From the NCBI GenBank assembly GCA_016933575.1, contig JAFGAR010000081.1, positions 160,001 to 224,000 of the forward strand: a DNA stretch of 64,000 bases, in the 5' to 3' direction. The translations under genes were made by a program, and so were the position numbers. Source of the DNA: Candidatus Thorarchaeota archaeon. GTDB lineage: Archaea > Asgardarchaeota > Thorarchaeia > Thorarchaeales > Thorarchaeaceae. Under the pieces are notes generated by a model. It worked only from the letters and a program-made list of their open reading frames with translations, had not been told where the DNA came from and searched no databases. Below, one piece after another: positions 48,905 through 57,161 of this stretch. Position 1 is the stretch's first letter. Each line of letters starts with the position of its first letter.

Positions 48905-49249
48905 CTATCTTCTTCCAGTCTGCTGGAATGACCAATCTATGTTGATTGCTTCTTTTGGAAATCCGAGTTTTTCCAGAACTTCTCCTATATTTGCCCTATG
49001 GTCTCCCTGCAGCTCGATATGACCGTGTTTTGCAGCTCCTCCACAGGCAAGCTTGGCTTTCAACTTCGTGGCAAGGTCGTTTAGATCGATATTTTTATCG
49101 AAGCCTTCTAAGATCAAAGTCAAACGACCCCATTTACGGCGCTCGACAGTCACATTAATTCTTGCCTCTTCCTGAGCGATTGTTTCGCACACACAGAGAT
49201 CCTGAGGCAAACCACAATTCGGGCAGATTCCGCCTTCGTCGTTACTCAC
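48905..49249 (-). CDS. sui1: Translation initiation factor aIF1 (SUI1/eIF1 homolog), GTG start
   Basis: CPNCGLP.DLCVCE N-terminus, RRKWGR, LKAKLACGG, IELQGDH. Confidence 0.96.
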   Translation of the reverse strand: MSNDEGGICPNCGLPQDLCVCETIAQEEARINVTVERRKWGRLTLILEGFDKNIDLNDLATKLKAKLACGGAAKHGHIELQGDHRANIGEVLEKLGFPKEAINIDWSFQQTGRR

Positions 49250-49395
49250 GCATTTATGTACTCCTGAGATTTAGTTATAGCAATATGCTAAGGGAAGAGA
49301 GCCCTCTCGTACATATAAGTTATGCTTTACCCTATCAAAATAAAAAAGATGCGTAAAAGAGCAAGAATTAAGCGGAAAAACAGACCCAAGAAACT

Positions 49396-50988
49396 ATGAT
49401 GTCCGACTCTGTACTCATCATCGATGCATTAAGCGCTGGGTCTGGGAAACGAACCAGTTCTAGGGATTCTATCGGTTGTGGACCCAGAAGCGTAGCAGGG
49501 ATTTTTGAGAAGCATGGATTTGACTGCAGAATCTATAGGGCTGAAGAGATTCTTGAGAAAAAGAGTATAATGAGAAAGTTCGATCACATTGCTATCAGCT
49601 CTATGACCATGGACATGCCAGCTACTAGGAAGATCATGAACCTGTGGCGGAGCGGGGCTCGACATTCTGGTAGAGCTATTATTGGAGGTCCTATCGCTTC
49701 AGATTCTCGGGTGATTATAAAATTAGGTGCAGATCTCCTCGTTATTGGTGAAGGTGAGGCTACACTCGAGGAGTTGATTGAGCGGGACTATTTCCATGAG
49801 AAGATCGAGTTGTTGGACGTTCTTGGAATTGCTTTTGCAATCAATGGAAGAGTAGCATATACAAGGCCTCGTGAATTCATATCATCAGAATCTCTCTCAT
49901 CTGATTTTCTACCATCCACCACACGAATACTTGACTACAAGGCGTATCAAGCAAGTAAGGTCTATGTGGAGGTAACTCGGGGTTGCTCCAATTTTAGAAG
50001 GACTCGACTTCCCCTGTTAAATGGAAGTCAATGTTCTGAATGTGGAAATTGCGATGCTGACGAACCCGAAACACGTTTAGATTGCCCAGAAGATATTCCG
50101 CCTGGTTGTGGATTCTGTAGCGTTCCCGGAACGTGGGGCCCTCCAAGAAGCAGGTCTGCAGTGAGTATTGTGAGAGAGATCAAAGAACTTCTGGACTTAG
50201 GGGTCCATAAAATTGTCCTCGAGTCTCCTGGTTTCCTAGACTACTTCCGTGGATCCGAACCCCTCACAGATCCCTGTCATCCACCAGCTAATCTGTCTGC
50301 TATCAAGGATTTACTAGGGCAGATCAATAATCTGCCTCAAGTGATTGATGGAACTGCTCACATTACCATTGAGAACATGAAAGCGTGCCTGTTTACTGAT
50401 GAGGTTGCACAGATGTTAGTTGAGTCAATGATGTCGAGTTCTCCAAATATTGGTCTTGAGACCGGTTCTGAAAAGCACATGCATCAGATCGGTAAATGTG
50501 GAAATCCGCAGGATGTCCTTTCTGCTGTGAAAATTGCGAGTAAGTATGGAATGAAACCCTTTGTGTATTTCATCTATGGTCTCCCTGGAGAGGATGAAGA
50601 CAGTGTGAACGATTCTATTACCATGATGCGGCAAATCAGTGAGGCTGGAGCTGAGAGAATAATTCTGTATGGCTTTAGATCCTTGCCTGGGTCTGCCTTT
50701 GAGAACTACCCCTCCTCCTCAACCAGTAATCCACTTGGGGCTATACTCAGGAGGGAAGCTGATAGAATCAATCGAGTGAAGAAGGATGACTACATCGGAA
50801 AGATTGTTCGTGGTATTGCAGCTGAACAATCCTGGGTCAATAGAGGATACACCATGGTCTATCCCTTGGAAGAAGGTCCCCTCATGACAGTGCCTGGCGG
50901 CTTTTCTGCAGGAACACTCCTGAACATTCGAATAACCAAGGTTCTTAGTAGCGGCCTCCTTGAGGGAGTGGCCCTTCAATCATCCTAA
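49396..50988 (+). CDS. B12-binding-domain radical SAM protein with split Cys motif and C-terminal TRAM-like domain
   Basis: IIGGPIA, VIGEGE, VEVTRGC...GCGFC, GLETGS, FIYGLPGE. Confidence 0.85.
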   Translation: MMSDSVLIIDALSAGSGKRTSSRDSIGCGPRSVAGIFEKHGFDCRIYRAEEILEKKSIMRKFDHIAISSMTMDMPATRKIMNLWRSGARHSGRAIIGGPIASDSRVIIKLGADLLVIGEGEATLEELIERDYFHEKIELLDVLGIAFAINGRVAYTRPREFISSESLSSDFLPSTTRILDYKAYQASKVYVEVTRGCSNFRRTRLPLLNGSQCSECGNCDADEPETRLDCPEDIPPGCGFCSVPGTWGPPRSRSAVSIVREIKELLDLGVHKIVLESPGFLDYFRGSEPLTDPCHPPANLSAIKDLLGQINNLPQVIDGTAHITIENMKACLFTDEVAQMLVESMMSSSPNIGLETGSEKHMHQIGKCGNPQDVLSAVKIASKYGMKPFVYFIYGLPGEDEDSVNDSITMMRQISEAGAERIILYGFRSLPGSAFENYPSSSTSNPLGAILRREADRINRVKKDDYIGKIVRGIAAEQSWVNRGYTMVYPLEEGPLMTVPGGFSAGTLLNIRITKVLSSGLLEGVALQSS

Positions 50989-51046
50989 CAGCTCTAGGCA
51001 AAGCTTCATATTATCATATCTTTGAGAAACTGAGTGGTGGTTCACC

Positions 51047-51190
51047 GTGGTATACACCTGTCATAATTGTCATAGAGAAGTAACCCCTGATGGTCTGAAG
51101 ACCCTCCCAGGAGTCAAATGTCCGTACTGCGGTGGTAGAATTCTCTACAAGGTTCGTCCGCCAGTTGTCAAAAGGGTCAAGGGTGCTTGA
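51047..51190 (+). CDS. rpoP: RNA polymerase subunit Rpo12 (RpoP; not in ORF track)
   Basis: MVYTCHNCHREVTPDGLKTLPGVKCPYCGGRILYKVRPPVVKRVKGA*; GTG start, GGTGG upstream. Confidence 0.93.
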   Translation: MVYTCHNCHREVTPDGLKTLPGVKCPYCGGRILYKVRPPVVKRVKGA

Positions 51191-51312
51191 TTCGACTCCT
51201 TTTCTAATCTATATTAGTCCCAGAAGTAACATTGTTGTGATTACTGTAGAGGCAATCAGCAGTACCAAGAAACAGACCGAATACACCTTTCTTCTAGTTT
51301 CGCGTTTCATTT

Positions 51313-52284
51313 TCAGTCCTCCGTGTGATTGTTTCCAATGAGAATTTCGCCAAGTCTAGTGAGCCCTTCAATACCTCTAATCTCACCATCAAACAGAGGT
51401 ACTTCTGTAAGGTCTAAGTCTGAGTAGAGGTCCCTGATATCATTAAGGTTTGCCTGTTGCATCTCGTATCGCTTTGTACAGAACTGACAGGTAGGATTTG
51501 GTGGTACAAGTTGATTGACAACCATATTATTGGCTGGAATGTGCCACGTATTCAGACTGGCTAAAAGTCGTTGAGTTTCAAAGACTGCCATTGCTTCCGG
51601 AATCATGACCACAACGAACTGTGTTGTGTCCGGATCTGAGAGTTCAATTCTTGCCTGTCGAATCTTATCCTTTGTCTGTTGGATCATCTTCCAAGAATCG
51701 TCTTCTTGCTCTTGCCCCCCACCAAACAGTCCTCTTAGACCTCCAAGCATCGAACTCAACCTCTGGCGAAGTGTTAGCATTTTTCCCAGCCAGCTATCAA
51801 GAAGATCTGGCAACTCCAGAAGTTTCAAAGTATGTCCTGTCGGAGCAGTATCGAAGATGACCCTGTCATAGGACGAGTCTTCTATAAACTCCAAGATCTT
51901 GCCAAATGCCATAGCCTCATCTGATCCCGGTGGTGACATTCCTGTCATATCCCCCATCAGATTCGCAGCCATCTGAGCTTCGGGACCAGCCATACCATCG
52001 CCTACTATGTTCTGAAATTCCTGCATACCCTTCTCAGCATTGATCTCCATTCCCCAAAGATTATCAAAACCCTTGATAGGAATAACTTCTCCGCCTGAGA
52101 GATCTTGGTCAAAACTATCACTCAGACTATGAGCTGGGTCAGTAGATAGAACGAGTGTTCGAAAACCATGTCTTGCAGATAGTACTGCCATAGCCCCTGC
52201 ACAACTTGTCTTTCCGACACCACCCTTGCCTCCAGAGAGGATGAACTTGAGAGAGTCCTTGTATACAACATCGCGGAGAGTCAT
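51313..52284 (-). CDS. Get3/TRC40 (ArsA family) ATPase
   Basis: GKGGVGKT, STDPAHSLSD, FDTAPTGHT, Met-rich helical insert, C-terminal CQFC dimer zinc motif; single ATPase domain. Confidence 0.92.
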   Translation of the reverse strand: MTLRDVVYKDSLKFILSGGKGGVGKTSCAGAMAVLSARHGFRTLVLSTDPAHSLSDSFDQDLSGGEVIPIKGFDNLWGMEINAEKGMQEFQNIVGDGMAGPEAQMAANLMGDMTGMSPPGSDEAMAFGKILEFIEDSSYDRVIFDTAPTGHTLKLLELPDLLDSWLGKMLTLRQRLSSMLGGLRGLFGGGQEQEDDSWKMIQQTKDKIRQARIELSDPDTTQFVVVMIPEAMAVFETQRLLASLNTWHIPANNMVVNQLVPPNPTCQFCTKRYEMQQANLNDIRDLYSDLDLTEVPLFDGEIRGIEGLTRLGEILIGNNHTED

Positions 52285-52365
52285 GAATCGACCTCAATGT
52301 GGTCAAAAAACCGAATTCCACATTAATCCTTCCATAGGTTAAAGAGGTCACAAGGAGCTCATAGA

Positions 52366-53175
52366 GTGAATGCACGCATCCAAAGACAGCTGACAAAACT
52401 TATTGAGTACTCTTTGGCACCCAATTTACTGTATATAGAGGGAAGAGGAATGTCGTTTCCACAAGTCCGAACAACAGCTATCGAGTTCCCATCTACATTA
52501 TTGGCACTCTTAGGACTTGAGATACCTGATGGTCTGTATCCTGCAAATGATGAACTGACCAAGAAGTTCAATCCCAAAGCAGTGGTTCTAGTTGTGATAG
52601 ATAACTTTGGTCTCTTTGAGGCTGTAGTCTATAAACCGGAGGCTTTGATTAAGAATATGGAAGCCTTAGCACTCATAGAAACCGATGATCCCTATGCAGT
52701 TCCTCTGATGAAGACCATATTTGCAGGGTCCCGTGACGGGTTTCACTTGATTAACTATGTAAAGAATTCTGGAAAGGTCACAAAGGTCATCTGTAGAGAG
52801 CAAGACATTGCCACTTTTGGGTTTGATCCTTCATATACTGTTAGTCCGCGCGATGACATGGCTACGTATATCGAATCAACTAAACATATCTTCAAGAGTG
52901 AATTACTATATCTTCACTTCTTGGACTTTGAGAGTCTTTACGCTCAATATGGGCACAGGACACCACCGAAGACCCTTCTTGAGAAGATTGTTAGACGTAC
53001 AGATAATTGGATTAAGGTACTACTACGTCAGGCACGTGATGATACTCTCTTTGTAGTAATAGGCAATCATGGGCGCCATCCTGTACCCTTAAACTATGAG
53101 GGGAAGCTGGCTGAATGGCGAAATGCCAATGCTCCTATTGCAATCATATTCCAGAAGCGAAAGTCGTCTACCTAG
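52366..53175 (+). CDS. Alkaline-phosphatase-superfamily-like protein (degenerate site)
   Basis: VVLVVIDNFG, YLHFLDFE...GH, VVIGNHG; start probably at MSFPQ. Confidence 0.6.
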   Translation: MNARIQRQLTKLIEYSLAPNLLYIEGRGMSFPQVRTTAIEFPSTLLALLGLEIPDGLYPANDELTKKFNPKAVVLVVIDNFGLFEAVVYKPEALIKNMEALALIETDDPYAVPLMKTIFAGSRDGFHLINYVKNSGKVTKVICREQDIATFGFDPSYTVSPRDDMATYIESTKHIFKSELLYLHFLDFESLYAQYGHRTPPKTLLEKIVRRTDNWIKVLLRQARDDTLFVVIGNHGRHPVPLNYEGKLAEWRNANAPIAIIFQKRKSST

Positions 53176-53981
53176 ACCAAAGGTAGGAGTGTTGGCAATC
53201 CAAATACTATTGCTATCATGGCTAGGACAAGACAGAGCTTCCAGAAGCTGATTTTTCGAGCCAGGCGTAGCAGGAACTCCATGGAAAGAAGACCAACAAC
53301 GAATACTATCAGCTCTATGAGTATCAGGTCTATGATATCTATGCTAGCTGGAATAGTATTGCCTGTAACTATCTCTACTGCAAGAATACCTAAGACTGCT
53401 GGAACACTCATCAAGAAGCTGAATCTAAGGGCGGTTTCTTTGTCAATTCTCTGCATGAGAAGAGCTGAAACAGTCACGCCTGATCGGCTCAGTCCTGGTA
53501 ACACAGAGCTCCCTTGAACAAGTCCAGTCACTAAGGCTTCCCGGTTGGTAGGTTCCCTTATCTCTGATGGTGTTGAATTCTCTTCAGTCTTTTGACGCGT
53601 TGGCAAGTAGAGCATAATCGCTGTGATCAGTAGAAGTACACCAACAAGGATGTTCAACATCTCTCCTTGGAAAGCAGCTATACTGTCCTTCAAAAAGACA
53701 TACAGAGGAATCGCAGTGATCGCTGTTGCTACTGTGGCAATAAGTAATAATCTTGTCAACTGTCTATCTTTGAGCGAAATGATGTTGAGGATGATCCTCG
53801 GGTACCGAACAATAACTGCTAGGGCAGTGCCCAAATGGAGCCAAACAACTAGGGAAACAATCTCACTTGCAGGGACTGACGTAAAATTATAGATAAAGAA
53901 CACAACCTGTCCTTCACTACTGATTGGCAACCATTCAACAAGTCCTTGCAAGAGAGCCACAATTATCTGCCAGAGCTCCAT
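53172..53981 (-). CDS. uppP: Undecaprenyl/polyprenyl-diphosphate phosphatase (BacA/UppP)
   Basis: QGLVEWLPISSEG, HLGT, PGLSRSG.T, FSFLMSVP. Confidence 0.92.
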   Translation of the reverse strand: MELWQIIVALLQGLVEWLPISSEGQVVFFIYNFTSVPASEIVSLVVWLHLGTALAVIVRYPRIILNIISLKDRQLTRLLLIATVATAITAIPLYVFLKDSIAAFQGEMLNILVGVLLLITAIMLYLPTRQKTEENSTPSEIREPTNREALVTGLVQGSSVLPGLSRSGVTVSALLMQRIDKETALRFSFLMSVPAVLGILAVEIVTGNTIPASIDIIDLILIELIVFVVGLLSMEFLLRLARKISFWKLCLVLAMIAIVFGLPTLLPLV

Positions 53982-54057
53982 TTCTCATCAAATCCTACCC
54001 ATTCGCGATATGCAGAAGAATTAAAAAGATAGTCCAACCGACTCCAGCTTAACGTGG

Positions 54058-54729
54058 GTGCCTTCAATGGTGTTAGATAATGAACGATTCCTAAGTTCCG
54101 AACTTGCAAACATTAGTCAGATGCTGGAAGAGCATTTTCGAGCAGCTTTGTCGGCAAGTAAAATTGTGCACGTTGCAGTAACCGATTGGTTGAATGGCAA
54201 AAAAGCAATCGACCCGGAAGAGCTGCAAAAGGTCACTGCTCTTGAAGAGAAGGGTGATGAACTAAAACACACTATACTCAATGAACTGGCAAAAGCGAGT
54301 ACATTGATGCAGCGCGAGGACCTTCTCCGACTTGTACATTATAACGATAAACTTACAGATGGCGCTGAATGGTGTATTTACCACTTGTCAGCCATCATAG
54401 GTTTCTGGACTCCTGATGGTGAGATAAAGGATAAGATTGCTAAGATGAGTGATTTGGTGCTGGAGGAGATTACCCAGCAACGAGAAGCTGTGCGATTCCT
54501 TTCTATCAATATGCAAGAGTCTATGAAGCGTGCTGATGAAATCTGTAAGATTGAGAAACAGATAGATGTTCTTCAGAGAGAGATTGTGACATTGCTCTAT
54601 CCAGCCCAAATCCCTCTTGCTGTGCTATTGAGATTCCGTGATTTTATCAATATGATGGAGGACATAGCTAACTTCGGTGAGGATGCAGCCATCACAATCA
54701 GGGCACTCTCACTCACTCTGAATATGTGA
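54058..54729 (+). CDS. DUF47/PhoU-like protein
   Basis: LEEKGDELK, REDLLRL...DKLTD, IEKQID, EDIANFGEDAA. Confidence 0.85.
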   Translation: MPSMVLDNERFLSSELANISQMLEEHFRAALSASKIVHVAVTDWLNGKKAIDPEELQKVTALEEKGDELKHTILNELAKASTLMQREDLLRLVHYNDKLTDGAEWCIYHLSAIIGFWTPDGEIKDKIAKMSDLVLEEITQQREAVRFLSINMQESMKRADEICKIEKQIDVLQREIVTLLYPAQIPLAVLLRFRDFINMMEDIANFGEDAAITIRALSLTLNM

Positions 54730-54747
54730 TTTAGCTGGTGTCATTGA

Positions 54748-55314
54748 TTGACTGAAGATAATCATGGGGTCGCAGTTGCCAAACTTATCGGTGATCGGGC
54801 AATAGTCTGGAATCCCGATGATGGGATGCGGCTCTATGATCAAGGGTATTATGGACAACCTGTGGGCATAAGGAAACCCAAGTCACCAGTCTTTGATAAG
54901 CCTCTTGAGCTCTCGTTAGTAGAATGTGCTTACCTGACGCGGGAAAATATAGTACAGGTTGTCGACTCAACTGATAATCATATTCTTACCCTTGATGAGC
55001 TTCTTTCAATGGGATTGAAGATATCTGATGATTTCAAAGACAGATTCTTAGTCTATGCACAGCTGCGAGAGCGTGGTTACATTGTACGTCCCGGATTGAA
55101 ATTTGGTACTGATTTTGCAGTATATGAGAAAGGACCTGGTATAGATCATGCACCTTTTCTTGTTCATGTGATTGCCCAGAAGACTGGTGTGGTTCCTCTG
55201 GATATTGTTCGTGCTGGAAGACTCGCAACCAGCGTAAAGAAGCGATTCATCATTGCCACGGTGAAGGAGAATGGGGAGATAGCTCATTATTCATTCATCT
55301 GGCACCGACCATAA
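54748..55314 (+). CDS. endA: tRNA-splicing endonuclease catalytic subunit
   Basis: LELSLVECAYL, RGYIVRPGLKFGTDFAVYEKGPGIDHA, RLATSVKK with Tyr/His/Lys triad; single-unit length. Confidence 0.95.
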   Translation: MTEDNHGVAVAKLIGDRAIVWNPDDGMRLYDQGYYGQPVGIRKPKSPVFDKPLELSLVECAYLTRENIVQVVDSTDNHILTLDELLSMGLKISDDFKDRFLVYAQLRERGYIVRPGLKFGTDFAVYEKGPGIDHAPFLVHVIAQKTGVVPLDIVRAGRLATSVKKRFIIATVKENGEIAHYSFIWHRP

Positions 55315-55397
55315 TACCAGGATTATCCATGAGCAAAACAATTAAGTTGGCAATCGCGAAGATGATAGTAACATCTAGCCCCTGAGGATGAATCCTG

Positions 55398-55715
55398 ATG
55401 GCTAATAAAGCTGAGAACGCGAAGGCTTTTGGTTTGCTGTTGGCCGAAGCCTGGGAGAACACTCCCTCATTCATATGCAGCAACGAGGACTACATATATT
55501 GTTTGTATCCTGCCGATGAGACGAAGGTCAAGTGGGTGGAAGCATCACTCACCTTTCCAGATGGATCTTTGGATAAGAAAGATATTGATCCTGTCAAGGC
55601 GATAGCACTATTGGTAGAGGAACTTAAGGTACTCCCCAATTATGGTGCAGATACCATAGTGACTACGAAAGCCCAACTGGATGAAGTTGCGGGTCGCCTT
55701 GGTAGCCTGACATAG
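55398..55715 (+). CDS. Hypothetical protein
   Basis: 105-aa ORF, GAGGATGA upstream. Confidence 0.7.
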   Translation: MANKAENAKAFGLLLAEAWENTPSFICSNEDYIYCLYPADETKVKWVEASLTFPDGSLDKKDIDPVKAIALLVEELKVLPNYGADTIVTTKAQLDEVAGRLGSLT

Positions 55716-55719
55716 TGCG

Positions 55720-56583
55720 ATGGTCTATGGTCCTTTGTTTGGGACCAAATCATGTCACGGACGGAGCGGGATTATGCCGGAAGTACTAGTTGTATGTCCT
55801 TCGTGTGGAAAAGAAGTTCCTGAAGGGAAATTCTGTAATATCTGTGGGGAGCTCCTTCCTCCATTACAAGATGATATTGGTTCTAGGTCAGAGGATGTCA
55901 CTTCTACTCAGAACCATGATATGATTTCTACAGAAGATAAAGCCCCACTAGAGCCCCTTTCACTACCACATTTCGATGTGGTCATAGAGGATATGCCTTA
56001 TGAAGCCGCAGTCATTCTACTATCAAGTTCGGAGCTTGTTGAAATCGACAAAGAACTAGACCGGATAATAGAGCAGACAAAAGCAACGCGCCAAGCACTT
56101 CAGCTGCAACAGGCTGATAGGACCGTTCTCACAGCACGCGCAGAAACACTACGACAGCAGTTTGAAAAGACTCGAGAGCGTCGTCGCGAACTAATCTCAG
56201 TTAAAGATAGGCTCGTTCTTGAGAAGATTCTTGAGGCTCTTGACAAACAAGAAGCACGACTATCCAAACTGGATGAAATTGCTGGTACGCTGGATAAGGA
56301 GGTCTATCAGGAGCAACGAGTAGAAATTCTTCACGCGATCAAAGATCTCCGAATGAACCTCAAAGAGGCAACAAAATCTGGCACAAAGTGGTCTAAGGGC
56401 ATTAAGACCACTCTGAAGAAGCTTGGTAAAGAATTGAATCGACTTGATGCTAAATTCAAGATTGGTGATGTTTCAAGAGAAAAATATGAGGAGTCAACAT
56501 CAAGATTAGAACGAAGCGTTCGAATTGTCGAAGGTGGTCTGAAGCGACTAGATGAATCACTCAGTATAGCTAGGAAGAGATAA
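55720..56583 (+). CDS. Zinc-ribbon plus coiled-coil protein
   Basis: CPSCG..VPEGKFCNICG followed by long heptad helices; start probably at MPEV. Confidence 0.75.
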   Translation: MVYGPLFGTKSCHGRSGIMPEVLVVCPSCGKEVPEGKFCNICGELLPPLQDDIGSRSEDVTSTQNHDMISTEDKAPLEPLSLPHFDVVIEDMPYEAAVILLSSSELVEIDKELDRIIEQTKATRQALQLQQADRTVLTARAETLRQQFEKTRERRRELISVKDRLVLEKILEALDKQEARLSKLDEIAGTLDKEVYQEQRVEILHAIKDLRMNLKEATKSGTKWSKGIKTTLKKLGKELNRLDAKFKIGDVSREKYEESTSRLERSVRIVEGGLKRLDESLSIARKR

Positions 56584-56595
56584 GAAAATAGAAGC

Positions 56596-56916
56596 ATGAT
56601 CTTGGAGCGTAAAAATATGGCAACAGGATATGTTGAATGTACTGCATTGTGCAAGAGTTTCAAGTGTGACAAACAACCTCCAGCTCTGAAGATTATCCAG
56701 AAGAGCGGTAAGAAAACAATCTGGTGTACCTGGATTGATGAGGAATGTGACGGTCCATGGTGTAAATTTTCAAAATGCATGGAACGACGTATGACTGATG
56801 ATGGACGATGTAAGCCTCCAATCAAAAAGGTCGAACCAGCAGTCCGTCAAGCCGATGACTTCGAATACCCTGATGCTATTCCAAAGGATATAGCTAAAAA
56901 ACTCGGTAAGCGTTGA
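56596..56916 (+). CDS. Cys-rich hypothetical protein
   Basis: C..LC..FKC, WCTW..EECDGPWCKFSKC...GRC. Confidence 0.7.
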   Translation: MILERKNMATGYVECTALCKSFKCDKQPPALKIIQKSGKKTIWCTWIDEECDGPWCKFSKCMERRMTDDGRCKPPIKKVEPAVRQADDFEYPDAIPKDIAKKLGKR

Positions 56917-57001
56917 GACCTAGTGCCTAGACTTTTGTATAGGCCCCGCAATGTCTATAAGTAATACGAAGTCACTCGCACTCACACAAAGGTGAAATCA
57001 A

Positions 57002-57127
57002 GTGTTTGAGGAAATCCGTCCAGAGATGAGAGCTCTCATCTATTTCATGGTTGGAATATCGTTCTTAGGCATTGGCATCCTGTTAGGTCAGGCTGCTTTC
57101 GCTATCGGTTTTTTGACTTGGCCATAG
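57002..57127 (+). CDS. 41-aa single-helix membrane peptide (not in ORF track)
   Basis: MFEEIRPEMRALIYFMVGISFLGIGILLGQAAFAIGFLTWP*; AGGTGA SD before GTG; TATAAG upstream. Confidence 0.6.
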   Translation: MFEEIRPEMRALIYFMVGISFLGIGILLGQAAFAIGFLTWP

Positions 57128-57161
57128 AAGCGCAGCGCCTGTAAGTCAGGGTGATTGCCTT

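Larger units (their letters stand above)
46103..49120. mobile_element. Putative integrated element or remnant inserted in the aIF1/SUI1 gene
   Basis: Bounded by two copies of the SUI1 3' end; carries three orphan genes of mixed base composition; no integrase visible. Confidence 0.6.

Noticed and set aside
51313-52284. Arsenite-efflux ATPase ArsA
   Set aside because: Single domain, no ars operon context, Get3-type Met-rich insert and CxxC
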